A stretch of 62,712 bases of DNA, filler included, from a candidate division NPL-UPA2 bacterium Unc8 (GTDB lineage: Bacteria > NPL-UPA2): assembly GCA_003574845.1 (NCBI GenBank). It is 3 parts of 3 records of this genome, joined end to end, with 100 filler letters (N's around TTAATTAATTAA, not from the genome) between each part and the next. Parts side by side here need not be neighbours in the genome. Positions count along the whole stretch, not along the records: positions 1 to 9,042 come from NDHY01000001.1; positions 9,143 to 38,895 come from NDHY01000010.1; 1 more part is not named here. The stretch is one strand, 5' to 3'. Under the pieces are notes generated by a model. The model saw only the letters and a program-made list of their open reading frames with translations. It did no database searches and was not told the origin of the DNA. Position numbers and translations under genes: made by a program. Shown one piece after another: positions 1 through 10,160 of the stretch. Numbering within the stretch: position 1 is the first letter of the stretch; each line of letters begins with the position of its first letter.

Positions 1-156
1 TGTCCCTCTTGCCAGTTCATCGTGGAGTGGAACTACTGTTCTATAATTTTCATTCTGTAGGCTGATATGACTTCCTTTCTACCGCACAACCTGAAAGCCT
101 GCCCTTTTGAGTAGTTTGATGAGATTATTCCCGGATAAGAGTGAAAGTTTAGCCAC
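1..156 (-). pseudogene. hicA: HicA-family toxin with in-frame TAG; runs off window edge
   Basis: Manual translation VAKLSLLSGNNLIKLLKRAGFQVVR*KGSHISLQNENYRTVVPLHDELARGT; GSH and VP.H motifs; overlaps hicB stop; TAG at 79-81. Confidence 0.8.
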
Positions 157-370
157 TGACTGCTATCTCAAGGGGATACAGGACTACCTCGCCGATACTC
201 TCAGGAAGGTCCTCAGTTCCGAAACTTTCGAGGTAAAGTTCCACTGCCTCCTTAAGGTTCACCTGTGCTTGCTCAATCGTCTTGCCCTGACTGACCACTC
301 CCAATTCCACACAATGACCAACATACCAGTTTTCTTCCCTCGTGATTATTGCCGTAAATTTACCAGACAT
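149..370 (-). CDS. hicB: HicB-family antitoxin
   Basis: YVGHCVELGVVSQGKTIEQAQVNLKEAVELYLE motif; GGAGG RBS before ATG at 370. Confidence 0.85.
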   Translation of the reverse strand: MSGKFTAIITREENWYVGHCVELGVVSQGKTIEQAQVNLKEAVELYLESFGTEDLPESIGEVVLYPLEIAVSG

Positions 371-557
371 GTTTTTTACCTCCATTTCAACTATACCACT
401 TCCTCCCCACTCCTGTCAATGAAAATGGTGATTGGTAAATGGGGGTCAGAAGTCAGAATCCTGAACTGTGGACCGTGAACCGTGAACCCTTGAATCCAGT
501 CTATCTACCTGAAAGTGTTACATAAAATAACATTTACTCAGGTTGTTAGGCTGTAGT

Positions 558-2432
558 CTAACAGCCTTCAGCCTTCGGTCTATAAATCTCACTGATGAGG
601 TCCTTATATTTTTCACGAATTGCGCTCCTTTTTATCTTAAGGGTGGGAGTGAGTTCGCCTGTTTCTATGCGGACGGCATTTTTAAGCAGACGAAACACCT
701 TTACCTGTTCATAATCATCAAAGGCGGGATTTGCCTGGTCAATGACTTTCTGAAATATTTCAATTATCAGATTATTGTGAATAAGTTTTTCGTCAACCTG
801 AATTGGAACCTCCTCTCCAGCAGGGTTGAGCCCAAACTTTGTCAATTCCTCGCTGAATTCAATGTTTCTCTCTCGTGCAAGCTCAAGTAAAAATTGATAG
901 GAAGGCTGGAGCAGGGCAGCAACGAATTTTTCCTCATCGCCGATTACTATCGCTTCTTCTACCCAGCGGCTATGCTTTAACTTTTCTTCAATCGGCAAAG
1001 GCGCGACATTCTTGCCGGTAGAGAGAACCAGAAGATGTTTCTTCCGTTCCTTGAAAACCAGATAGTTGTCCTTGTCAAAAAATCCGATGTCCCCGGTCTT
1101 TAACCAGCCGTCTTCGGTAAAGGCATCCCTGGTTGCCCCGGGGTCTTTGTAGTAACCCTGCATGAGATTGTCGCCTTTAATCAGGATTTCTCCATCTTCA
1201 GCAATTTTCACCATAACTCCGGGAACTGGGGGCCCTACAGTGCCTGGCTTAAAGCGCCCCACCGGGTTTAAAGTAGCGGGGCCGGTATTTTCCGTCATTC
1301 CGTAACCTTCAAGAATCGTGAGCCCTATCCCATTAAAAAAGTAAGCAAGCTCTTTGCGAAGTGCGGCGCCGGCGGAAACTGTCCATCTCAGACGGTCCAT
1401 ACCTGCTTTTTTGCGAATTGCCCAGTAGACCGGACTTGCCAGGCGATGTTTTAGCTTCAACTTCAATGAGGGCTTCTCCCAGCGGCTTTTGACCTCCCCC
1501 ATATCCCTGGCTACTGCAGCAGCCCAGAAAAATATCTTCTTTCGTATTTTTCTGCGCAGTGGCGGAGTGGTGCTCTCAAGCCGCTCAATAATCCTGTCAT
1601 AGAACCGCTTATAAAGACGGGGGACAGAAATAAAAGTAACAGGTCTCACTCTCGGTAAGTTCTCTGCAAGGTCTTTGGGAGAGCTAATATAAACCGTTGC
1701 CGCAGACTTAAGCGCTCCAAAGTAAGCAATCCGCGCATAGACATGAGCCATAGGTAGAAAACCAAGCGCCGGTTCCCCGGGCGCGAGGTCAATTAGCTGA
1801 GCTGATGAATTGGCACAAAAGCACCAATTCCAGTGGGATAACATAACTCCTTTGGGTGGGCCGGTGGTGCCGCTGGTATAAACAATACTGCTCAAATCTT
1901 CCGGCTTAACACTGCGCCAGACCTCTTCGTAACGATTAGGATTTGAGGTTTCAAATTGCCTGCCTATCTCCATCACCTCGGACAGAGTATGGATATTTGC
2001 CCGGGGCCTGGCCCTTAACGGCTCAAATACAATCACCTGCTTTAGTTGGGGAAGCTGCTCCCATACCGAAAGAACCTTCTCCAGTTGTTCCTGGTTTTCC
2101 ACAAAAATCATCTTGCTGTCGGAATGATTAGCAATATACTGCACTGTCTTAGGTGACAGGGTTGGGAAAATGGTAACGGTAACTCCGCCAGCGGTGAGAA
2201 TGGCAAGGTCTGCCCGACCCCATTCCTGGCGAGTCTCACTGAGCAGACTGACTTTATCCCCCTTATTCAATCCAAGGGATAATAAGCCCTGGCTCAAAGT
2301 CTTAGCCCGCTCGCCAGCTTCCCGGTAAGTGATTTTTGCGAAGCTATCTCCATCCCGATAGCAAACTGCAACTATTTCCGGGTGCTGCTCAACGGTATTC
2401 CAGAACAGCTCATTAATGGTTGTCTTTTCCAT
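558..2432 (-). CDS. fadD: Long-chain fatty acid--CoA ligase
   Basis: YTSGTTGPPKG, EGYGMTE, WLKTGDIG, ELTPTLK motifs. Confidence 0.9.
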   Translation of the reverse strand: MEKTTINELFWNTVEQHPEIVAVCYRDGDSFAKITYREAGERAKTLSQGLLSLGLNKGDKVSLLSETRQEWGRADLAILTAGGVTVTIFPTLSPKTVQYIANHSDSKMIFVENQEQLEKVLSVWEQLPQLKQVIVFEPLRARPRANIHTLSEVMEIGRQFETSNPNRYEEVWRSVKPEDLSSIVYTSGTTGPPKGVMLSHWNWCFCANSSAQLIDLAPGEPALGFLPMAHVYARIAYFGALKSAATVYISSPKDLAENLPRVRPVTFISVPRLYKRFYDRIIERLESTTPPLRRKIRKKIFFWAAAVARDMGEVKSRWEKPSLKLKLKHRLASPVYWAIRKKAGMDRLRWTVSAGAALRKELAYFFNGIGLTILEGYGMTENTGPATLNPVGRFKPGTVGPPVPGVMVKIAEDGEILIKGDNLMQGYYKDPGATRDAFTEDGWLKTGDIGFFDKDNYLVFKERKKHLLVLSTGKNVAPLPIEEKLKHSRWVEEAIVIGDEEKFVAALLQPSYQFLLELARERNIEFSEELTKFGLNPAGEEVPIQVDEKLIHNNLIIEIFQKVIDQANPAFDDYEQVKVFRLLKNAVRIETGELTPTLKIKRSAIREKYKDLISEIYRPKAEGC

Positions 2433-2472
2433 TTTGAACCTCCTCTTTTTGACAGCCGCTCGAAGAAGCAGA

Positions 2473-3195
2473 AAAAGGTGTCAGGAACCTTTTTTAGGTC
2501 TACCCCGGTATCTTATGGTTATTTCAAGAGCGAATTTTTTGACTATTGCGTCCACCCAGTTGTCCTTGCCATAGGGACGGTTTTTTACAACTGATATCCT
2601 AACATACTCCAACTCTTTTTTGGTTAAGGGTATATTTACTTGCTCTAAATAATCAACTGGGATCGCAATTGGCCAAGGAGAAAGAAGCTCTTTTTGTTTG
2701 TCGGTTCCATGTTCTCTTCGCCAAAGACTGGACCATCTCCAATCCTCCGCCTTTTGGACTAGTTTGGTACGCAAAGCATTACTTTCAATATAACGGCAAA
2801 GTTGCAGTAAATAATTGTCTTTTTGAACCAGAAATGATTTATACCTACCTTGATATAAATGACCTGCACCTATTGAACAATGAGAAACGTGCCAGCGCTG
2901 AGCATGAGTAAGCGTTAACCACTGCATAAACTTCGTTATATCGCCATCGTTTTGTGGACATAAACAAAAATGCCAATGATTAGGCATTATTTGATAAGAA
3001 AATATTTTTATTGGATAATGATCTTTTGCTTCTTCTATTATTGTTTCAAATGCTTGGTAGTCATTATCTTTCTCAAATATTGTCATGCGAGCATTGGCAC
3101 GATTTAAAACGTGGTAGATTTCGTTGCTTATATCTATGCGTAATGCTCTTCCCATACAACTACCATATCGCAAAAAAAGGTTCCTGACACCTTTT
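2473..3195. mobile_element. RAYT element bounded by 23-bp perfect inverted REP-like repeats (2473-2495, 3173-3195)
   Basis: AAAAGGTGTCAGGAACCTTTTTT and its exact reverse complement flank the transposase; AT-rich interior; next to tRNA-Ala. Confidence 0.8.
2481..3155 (-). CDS. REP-associated tyrosine (Y1/HUH) transposase
   Basis: YHVLNRAN, IMPNHWH (HUH), LYQGRYKS, YIESN, WRWSS motifs; likely start MGRALR. Confidence 0.88.
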   Translation of the reverse strand: MGRALRIDISNEIYHVLNRANARMTIFEKDNDYQAFETIIEEAKDHYPIKIFSYQIMPNHWHFCLCPQNDGDITKFMQWLTLTHAQRWHVSHCSIGAGHLYQGRYKSFLVQKDNYLLQLCRYIESNALRTKLVQKAEDWRWSSLWRREHGTDKQKELLSPWPIAIPVDYLEQVNIPLTKKELEYVRISVVKNRPYGKDNWVDAIVKKFALEITIRYRGRPKKGS

Positions 3196-3210
3196 CCTGT
3201 GCTTTGTTTT

Positions 3211-3283
3211 TGGAGCAAGGGGGATTTGAACCCCCGACCTCTGCGATGCGAACGCAGCGCTCTCCCAACTGAGCTATTGCCCC
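3211..3283 (-). tRNA. tRNA-Ala(CGC)
   Basis: Cloverleaf GGGGCAATAGCTCAG...TTGCTCCA, anticodon CGC, G3:U70 pair. Confidence 0.95.
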
Positions 3284-3333
3284 TTCTTCAGAAACAACGT
3301 GCTAAATAGCTATCAGCTCTTGTGCCTCTGTGC

Positions 3334-5091
3334 CTATCTTATTAGAGCCTCTGCCTTCACTGGATGGTCCAGGATATTCTCCAGTTCAAAACCAATAAAT
3401 ACTCTTGTCTTATCTAATTCACTCCAGAGAGAAAAATGAATCTTCCAGCAGTGAATCCTTCTGGTAAAACCTACTTCCCACTCCTCATAGCGGGCATCAA
3501 TCCAGTTATATCGGCCGGAAAGAGCTACCTTCCAATCCGGGGCCATCTGATAGTAGAGGCTTGCTTCAATGCTCTTTAATCTTCCGACATTAAGGTCATA
3601 CCTCGTCCAGCCCTGGAAGCTTACCCCATCTGCCGGCCGGAGAATTAGCTCAGTAATTAAGGGCTCCCAGGAATTTTCTCTCCCGTCACGATAAAAACGC
3701 GTTCTTAAGTTAAGAGCGGCAAAATCTTTTTTTCTCCCATCATCTAACCACCTGATGAACCTGTTGCCCACCTCTAAGTCAAAGAAGTCTTTCCCATCCG
3801 GGAGTTTATCAACAAATTTAAAGAGGTCATCTCTCCTGACCGGTGGCGGAGGAGAGTAATAATACCTCAGCCGGGGTTCAAATATATGGTAGCCAAATCT
3901 GAAAGGAGGACTATAAAGTCTTGTGTTCACTCCCAGGCTTACTTCATAATTTCCCATATATACTGCTTTCTGGTCAAGCCTGTTACGATTATACCAGAAG
4001 CCTCTTGTTCTTAGCGCCGGCTCAAAGCGAAGCCACCCGATACTGCCCGGTCGGGAGAGCTCAAAATTGATGTTAGCCTGGGTAACGCTTTCCTCATCAG
4101 GAAAATGGCGGAGACGAGCTGTATTGCCATCAACATCCCAGAAGAATGGTGTCCTTCCAACTCTCTGCCTGAAAAAGTCAAAAGAAAGCTCCGGGATTCT
4201 CTCGGTAAAGGGAGATACCCAGTCATTGAGCCTTATTCTCGTATATAATTCAAGAGCATAATCTGGCTTTATCTGCAGGAGGGAAAAGGAGCCCTTAGGG
4301 TCCCTCCTCTGAGCATCTAACTCTTCCTTTGTAAAGCGCTTCCACCTTTCCTCACTCTCAAAGTCAATGTTAAAATCGGTATCGCTAAAACTATCAACGC
4401 TTAATAATCCTGCTGTATCTTCTGTTATCTCCTGTCTGTGCCGCAGGTGAAGTTTCCAGCGAGCACGCTCTTCATCAGCTAAAGTGGAGTAAATATAGAA
4501 AAACCCTTCTCCATCTCCGGTCTGATAGTCAACATCAAACCCGATTCCAGTGTCAAGATATTCAAAGTGATCCAGATAAAATCTTCCGCGCAGTTCCGGG
4601 TTCACATACCAGTTGTAATATGTCCAGAGAAACCATCCCGCATCGTAGCCGGGACGCACAACAAGCCTGCGAGGAACACCATAATCGGGATACCTGACTT
4701 CATCACGTAGTGAGGTCTCATAAATTGGAAGGTAAAAAATAGGGATGCTGCCTACCCAGAAAATAGAGTGATATGCCCGAAGTCTCTCCTGAAGATGAAC
4801 TTTTACCTTATCTGCTGTAATCCTGTAACAGGGTGGGTGGCAAAGACAGGTAACAGTGACATTCCCCTCAGCGGATGCCACTCTTTCTGCAAAATCAACT
4901 TTGACATAATCAGCCCTGAACCTCATTGCTCCATATTCAATCTCAACGTTCCCTTGTGCCCGCAAGAGTTGTGCCTCCTCCAGATACTCTATGTAAGCCG
5001 CAGAATGTATTATTAGATGAGGAGCTGCTTCTGCGTGAGCAGGAGTTATGAAAAGAGAAACGAGCATCAAAAGCAAAATTTCTCTCATCAT
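3334..5091 (-). CDS. lptD: LptD-like LPS assembly outer membrane protein
   Basis: Signal peptide, OstA-like AQGNVEI repeats, IPIFYLP motif, aromatic beta-barrel with ..HCW.. near the C-terminus. Confidence 0.65.
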   Translation of the reverse strand: MMREILLLMLVSLFITPAHAEAAPHLIIHSAAYIEYLEEAQLLRAQGNVEIEYGAMRFRADYVKVDFAERVASAEGNVTVTCLCHPPCYRITADKVKVHLQERLRAYHSIFWVGSIPIFYLPIYETSLRDEVRYPDYGVPRRLVVRPGYDAGWFLWTYYNWYVNPELRGRFYLDHFEYLDTGIGFDVDYQTGDGEGFFYIYSTLADEERARWKLHLRHRQEITEDTAGLLSVDSFSDTDFNIDFESEERWKRFTKEELDAQRRDPKGSFSLLQIKPDYALELYTRIRLNDWVSPFTERIPELSFDFFRQRVGRTPFFWDVDGNTARLRHFPDEESVTQANINFELSRPGSIGWLRFEPALRTRGFWYNRNRLDQKAVYMGNYEVSLGVNTRLYSPPFRFGYHIFEPRLRYYYSPPPPVRRDDLFKFVDKLPDGKDFFDLEVGNRFIRWLDDGRKKDFAALNLRTRFYRDGRENSWEPLITELILRPADGVSFQGWTRYDLNVGRLKSIEASLYYQMAPDWKVALSGRYNWIDARYEEWEVGFTRRIHCWKIHFSLWSELDKTRVFIGFELENILDHPVKAEALIR

Positions 5092-5132
5092 TACCCTTCA
5101 ACCGTGAACCCTTTCTGTCTTCAGCCTTTAGC

Positions 5133-6101
5133 CTACAGCCTATCTACCATCTTTTCCCATACGAGGATTCCTGCCCCAATCATTCCGGCATCTCCACCTA
5201 ATTTTGCTGGAACTACTCTCACCATCTTAGCAGGCATTCTCATCGCCCGCTTCTTTATCGTTGCCTTGATTTCGTCAAACACTAAAAAATCAGCGTTAGC
5301 CACCCCTCCGCCAATAATGACAATTTCCGGATTGAGAAGATTTGCCAGTCCGGCAATTGCCACTCCGATGTATCTTCCCACCTCATTCCATATCTCAACC
5401 GAGAGCTTATCGCCCTTCAGTGCTGCTTGAGAGATAATCTCCGGAGTAACTTTTCCTAAATCACCCCCCACCAACCCAACAATGAGGCTCCCTCCTTCTC
5501 TCTCTATTCGCTCCACCGCTCTTTCTACAATAAATCTATTTCCTACATATCTCTCAAGGCAGCCACGACCGCCACAGTTGCAGAGCGGACCATTCATATT
5601 TACCGGGATATGTCCGATTTCTGCAGCAGTCAGTGCCGCTCCATGATAAAGCTTTCCATTGACAATCAGAGCGCCGCCAACTCCAGTGCCAAGAGTAAGG
5701 CAGACAATGTTCTTTGCTCCTACTCCTGCGCCGAGCCGACTCTCAGCAAGTGCCATCATATTAGCATCGTTATCAATAAAGGCAGGGAGACCTGCTTTCC
5801 CCTCTACATAGCTCTTGAGAGGGACATCATTCCATCCTTTAATGTTGGGAGCATCATAGATTATGCCCTCTGCAACATCAATATTGCCCGGTGAGCCGAT
5901 CCCGATGCCAAGAATGTCTCCTTCTTTTTTCTTAAGTTTCTCAATAACTTCTTCAATCTGCTTTAGCGCCTCCTCGCGAATACCACTTGTTGCCAGTGCT
6001 ATTCTTTCTTTTATCTTCCACTGTGAATTAATCAGCGCCGCGCGCAGATTTGTCCCTCCCAGGTCAATTCCAATAGAATATTTTTTATTCACCCCTAACA
6101 C
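5133..6101 (-). CDS. ROK family glucokinase
   Basis: GIDLGGT, DNDAN, GTGVGG, EIGH, CNCGGRGCLE. Confidence 0.9.
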   Translation of the reverse strand: MLGVNKKYSIGIDLGGTNLRAALINSQWKIKERIALATSGIREEALKQIEEVIEKLKKKEGDILGIGIGSPGNIDVAEGIIYDAPNIKGWNDVPLKSYVEGKAGLPAFIDNDANMMALAESRLGAGVGAKNIVCLTLGTGVGGALIVNGKLYHGAALTAAEIGHIPVNMNGPLCNCGGRGCLERYVGNRFIVERAVERIEREGGSLIVGLVGGDLGKVTPEIISQAALKGDKLSVEIWNEVGRYIGVAIAGLANLLNPEIVIIGGGVANADFLVFDEIKATIKKRAMRMPAKMVRVVPAKLGGDAGMIGAGILVWEKMVDRL

Positions 6102-6943
6102 CTGCCACGGAATACTCTAACTCTATCAAGTTCCTCCTGAAGAAGAGCACCCTCTTCCTTTAATATGTATCCTTTTATTTCTTCTAAGAGCTCCTGAAAT
6201 CTTCCGACCATACTGATTATATTTTTTCCATTAGTCAGATAAATATCCTTCCACACCTCAGGGGAGGAAAGTGCAATGCGCGTGGTGTCTTTGAAGCCCG
6301 TTGCAATTAGAGGTAGAAGCCCTTCCTTCTCCCCTTCCAGTCTGCCCGTCAGACTCACCAGGGCAGCAGAGACGAGATGAGGGAGGTGGCTGGTAGCAGC
6401 AATGAGAAAATCGTGCTCCTCCGGTTTCATTACTATAACCCTTGCCCCTACGTTTTCCCAGAAGGAGCTGATTGTCGCAAGCACCCCGGGTAAAGTTGTC
6501 TTACCCGGCGTGAGGACGCAGACACTATCCACAAACAGGTCTTCTCGTGCCGCTTCCACTCCACTCTTCTCCGAGCCGGCCAGTGGATGTCCACCTATGA
6601 AGGAGATTTTTTTCGGGATAATCCTATCAACCTCAATAACAATCTTCTCCTTGGTGCTTCCCACATCGGTGATGATGGCTCTCTGGGGCAGGGCAATAAT
6701 CGTTCTCTTAATCATCTCGGTAATTGAGCCCACGGGAGTAGCTATGACCACTAAATCAACATCTTTGACTCCTTCTTCCAATTTGAGGGTCCCTCGGTCC
6801 ACCGCTCCTGCCTGAAGGGCTTTGTCTATAGACTCCTGCCGACGGCCAATCCCAACCACTTCCTTTATCAGATTCCGTTTCTTAAGAGCCAGTCCCAGCG
6901 AACCGCCGATGAGGCCCACACCAACTATAGCTATTCTTTTCAA
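6095..6943 (-). CDS. tyrA: Prephenate/arogenate dehydrogenase
   Basis: GVGLIGGS, TDVGSTK, GGHPLAGSE, SHLPH, DTTRIA. Confidence 0.92.
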   Translation of the reverse strand: MKRIAIVGVGLIGGSLGLALKKRNLIKEVVGIGRRQESIDKALQAGAVDRGTLKLEEGVKDVDLVVIATPVGSITEMIKRTIIALPQRAIITDVGSTKEKIVIEVDRIIPKKISFIGGHPLAGSEKSGVEAAREDLFVDSVCVLTPGKTTLPGVLATISSFWENVGARVIVMKPEEHDFLIAATSHLPHLVSAALVSLTGRLEGEKEGLLPLIATGFKDTTRIALSSPEVWKDIYLTNGKNIISMVGRFQELLEEIKGYILKEEGALLQEELDRVRVFRGRC

Positions 6944-6953
6944 GTTAATTCCC

Positions 6954-7946
6954 TTATTTTTCAGTTATAGTTTCCTCAATCTTCATCCCGAAGTGCCTCC
7001 CCGGCTCATCTGAAAAAGAGAGCACCTCACTGCCCTTCCTCAAGGCTACCACGGAGATGGGTTTCCCCTCGGGGCTAACCAATCTTATCGTCTCCGCATT
7101 CTGGAGAATAAGAGATATTTTCTTCTTCTTGATATTACCTTCTACCAGCATCAAGGGTCTTCTCTCCACCTTTATCCTTCCCACTACGGTCACCTGGGTC
7201 TGGCCTTTATGATTGACGATTAAGGACTCATCCCCGGATTTAAGTTCCGAGAGGTACTTTGTCCTCCCTCCCGGCAATAGAGTATAGGCATGAACCGGGC
7301 CGGCATTCACCCGGAAGGGACGGGGTTCGACATAAGGATTCTCCACGCTCTCGGAGTGAATAAGGAAAAAAGCGCTGCTGGAATTGCCGATGAGCATTCC
7401 TTCCCCGAGCCCCATATTGGTGCAGGTATCAATGCAGACCCTGTCTCCCAGGCCTAAAGGCTCCACCCGGGTTATCCGGGCTGCTTCCAGTTTAAGTTTT
7501 TCCTCCGTTCTTTTGGCCAAGCCCACCGTCTTCTTAATTTCGTTCAGGTTGGTCGTCTTCAGGAAAATTCCCTCCACGCCCTTCTCTAATATTTGCAGGG
7601 CCGTCCGGGCTTCTTTGGCATTCCGGACCTCTGCGAAAATGCCTTCCGTCTGAGCAAGCAGGTTTTCCAGGGGAATAATTGTCCAATTTTTCATTTTCAA
7701 GATGAGAGTCCGGGACTTACTTAATCTGACCGCTTCTTCCTCATCTTCCTTTCCCCTTATCTCAAATTGAATGACTTCCTTGCCTAACTTTATATCCCCA
7801 TCCTCAGCTACCGTTTTTATTAACCCCAACTCCTGGACTTTCTCCTTAAATCCCCGAGGGACCAGCAGAGCATCAGCTCCGCTCTCCAGGGCCACAACGG
7901 CCACCTCTTTATTCCAGGGGGCACAATTTATCCAGACCTTTTTCAT
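6954..7946 (-). CDS. 3-dehydroquinate synthase II (archaeal type)
   Basis: [31 protein letters not shown]. Confidence 0.92.
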   Translation of the reverse strand: MKKVWINCAPWNKEVAVVALESGADALLVPRGFKEKVQELGLIKTVAEDGDIKLGKEVIQFEIRGKEDEEEAVRLSKSRTLILKMKNWTIIPLENLLAQTEGIFAEVRNAKEARTALQILEKGVEGIFLKTTNLNEIKKTVGLAKRTEEKLKLEAARITRVEPLGLGDRVCIDTCTNMGLGEGMLIGNSSSAFFLIHSESVENPYVEPRPFRVNAGPVHAYTLLPGGRTKYLSELKSGDESLIVNHKGQTQVTVVGRIKVERRPLMLVEGNIKKKKISLILQNAETIRLVSPEGKPISVVALRKGSEVLSFSDEPGRHFGMKIEETITEK

Positions 7947-8737
7947 TTTTCCACTTCCCTCATAGCCTCTTTAATAGAAGCGTTTTCATGCACCATTTTG
8001 CCAATAGCTCTAACGATAGCTATGGGGTCCTCGTGCTGAAAAGCGTTCCGGCCGATGGATACTCCCGCTGCTCCTGCTTTTAGGGCGCCCTCCACCATTT
8101 GAAGGAGGTCCTCGTCCGTCTCCACTTTTTCCCCTCCGGCGATGACTACAGGGATAGGACAGCCCTCTATCACCTCAGAGAAACTTTTCGGATCCCCGGT
8201 ATAATTCACCTTAACTATATCGGCACCTAACTCCGCCCCTACCCGGGCCGCATGCTTCACCACTTCCTTATCATACTCGTTCTTGATTTTGGGCCCCCTC
8301 GTATAAACCATAGTCAGGAGGGGCATCCCCCATTCCAGGCACCTGTTGGAAATATACCCAAAGTCCCGCAACATTTCTCTTTCATCAACGGCCCCTAAAT
8401 TAACATGGATAGACACCCCATCTGCTCCAATTTTCAAAGCAGTCTCAACGGGATTAATAATCACCTTGCTATTGGGCTCGGGGCTCAGGGCGGTGCTTGC
8501 CGAAAGATGCAGAATCAGCCCGATGTCCTTTCCATACCCTCTGTGTCCATGGAGGGGCAGACCAAGGTGGCCAATAACAGCATTAGCTCCTCCATCAGCA
8601 ACCTTGTTAACCGTATCACGAAGGTTAATTAGCCCTTCAATAGGGCCAACGGTAACTCCGTGGTCAAGGGGAACAATTACCGTGCGCCCGGAGGCGCGAT
8701 TAAAAATTCTTTCCATTCTTATCTTTTTACCCAACAT
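7943..8737 (-). CDS. 2-amino-3,7-dideoxy-D-threo-hept-6-ulosonate synthase (DhnA-type aldolase)
   Basis: [24 protein letters not shown]; adjacent to DHQ synthase II. Confidence 0.88.
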   Translation of the reverse strand: MLGKKIRMERIFNRASGRTVIVPLDHGVTVGPIEGLINLRDTVNKVADGGANAVIGHLGLPLHGHRGYGKDIGLILHLSASTALSPEPNSKVIINPVETALKIGADGVSIHVNLGAVDEREMLRDFGYISNRCLEWGMPLLTMVYTRGPKIKNEYDKEVVKHAARVGAELGADIVKVNYTGDPKSFSEVIEGCPIPVVIAGGEKVETDEDLLQMVEGALKAGAAGVSIGRNAFQHEDPIAIVRAIGKMVHENASIKEAMREVEK

Positions 8738-8752
8738 ATTTTCCTCCTATTG

Positions 8753-8847
8753 TGCCAACAGGTATTGTCAAAAATCGGTAGTCGCAGGATTTATCCTGTC
8801 CTGCCAACAGGTATTGTCAAAAATCGGTAGTCGCAGGATTTATCCTG
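8753..8847. repeat. Tandem 46-bp duplication (period 49) containing a GTAG-type REP
   Basis: TGCCAACAGGTATTGTCAAAAATCGGTAGTCGCAGGATTTATCCTG at 8753 and 8802. Confidence 0.9.
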
Positions 8848-8851
8848 CGGT

Positions 8852-9042
8852 TTATGTCATAATTTCTTCTAAATCAAAGTCCAACGAACCCTTAAAAGGA
8901 TAATCTTTCCAATTGTCAACTAAACTTCTCCTTACTGAATTATCCAGAATGTAGATTATGTGTTTCTTTAAATCTTCGTCTTTTCTATGGATATGGTCGT
9001 AAAAATCCTTCTGCCATTGCATCCCCCTTCCATTCCCTGACA
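8852..9042 (-). mobile_element. C-terminal part of a second RAYT transposase, cut by the assembly gap
   Basis: Manual translation ..WQKDFYDHIHRKDEDLKKHIIYILDNSVRRSLVDNWKDYPF..; REP directly downstream. Confidence 0.8.
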
Positions 9043-9142
9043 NNNNNNNNNNNNNNNNNNNNNNNNNNNNNNNNNNNNNNNNNNNNTTAATTAATTAANN
9101 NNNNNNNNNNNNNNNNNNNNNNNNNNNNNNNNNNNNNNNNNN
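9043..9142. other. Assembly spacer (Ns with all-frame-stop linker TTAATTAATTAA)
   Basis: 100-bp N run with central linker; identical at 38896-38995. Confidence 0.97.
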
Positions 9143-9241
9143 CTATTCTCAAACTCTTAAGTTCACTCAACACCAAACACTCATAATTAATAACTATCTT
9201 TTATGTATGACACAGCTTTTATCTGCCTCTCATTCAAACCC

Positions 9242-9643
9242 TTATCGCCCTTTCTTTTTTATAATTACATCTTCCAAGCCAGCGACAAATTTTTTGGCTT
9301 CTTCAAGCCACGGCGTCACTTCTACCAAATTAAATTTCACAAGGTCAGCATAATCGCCCTTTTGGCGATTATCAAACAAACGATCATAGAGTTGTCCTAA
9401 TTCCACATCTACTACGCCAGATTTAACAAAATGCTTATGAAAAAGGCTTCTCACTCCACTATGTTTTGCAGAAGATAATCCTTTCGTCAGCAATAAAGCA
9501 GAAACAGTATAAAAACAGGCATAATAAAGACGATTGACAAATGTATTTGTATACCCTTTTTCTAAAAGAATCTCTGCTTCCTCGATGGCTTCTTTCGCTC
9601 GCCCCAGACGGTAGTTAATTATAGTAAAAACCTCGTTTGTCAT
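9242..9643 (-). CDS. HEPN domain protein
   Basis: NRLYYACFY, KHSGV, RQKGDY. Confidence 0.88.
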   Translation of the reverse strand: MTNEVFTIINYRLGRAKEAIEEAEILLEKGYTNTFVNRLYYACFYTVSALLLTKGLSSAKHSGVRSLFHKHFVKSGVVDVELGQLYDRLFDNRQKGDYADLVKFNLVEVTPWLEEAKKFVAGLEDVIIKKKGR

Positions 9644-9987
9644 AAAATCACCCCATACTTTTCAACATTCTGATGAAACGGCATTGCTTGATACAACGAA
9701 CTCGCCCACTGCTGGTAGCTATAAACACTAACAGTAAAAACATGGCCAGTTTCAATCTCTACAGGAAACAACTGACGACGGATAAAGTCCTCTTGTTCAA
9801 GGGTTACAGGCTTATCAACTAAAACAAGGAGATCGTAATCAGACTCGGGGTCACAATCTCCCCGTGCTCTAGAGCCATATAAAATAACTGTAGTATGAGG
9901 GTCTATTTTCCGAATATGCTCACGACAACGGGTAAGTAAAATCCTTTCTTGTTTAGCTGCTTTATTCCATTCAGAAAATTTCTTCAT
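9640..9987 (-). CDS. Minimal nucleotidyltransferase (MNT)
   Basis: LYGSRARGD..SDYDLLV; overlaps HEPN gene. Confidence 0.88.
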   Translation of the reverse strand: MKKFSEWNKAAKQERILLTRCREHIRKIDPHTTVILYGSRARGDCDPESDYDLLVLVDKPVTLEQEDFIRRQLFPVEIETGHVFTVSVYSYQQWASSLYQAMPFHQNVEKYGVIL

Positions 9988-10160
9988 CCTCCCACCTCTT
10001 CAAAAACCTCGTTAATTAGGAACGCATCCCATTTTTGGACAATCAGATTCTATAAATGAATAGTAGAAAGTGTAGAAATAATCCCTTCATACTATAGTTT
10101 TGAGTTTTGAGTTCTTAGTTGTTAACTCAACACCAAACACTCATAATTAATAACTATCTT

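Noticed and set aside
9087-9098. TTAATTAATTAA palindrome within Ns (also 38940-38951)
   Set aside because: Artificial contig linker; adjacency across the gaps is not reliable.
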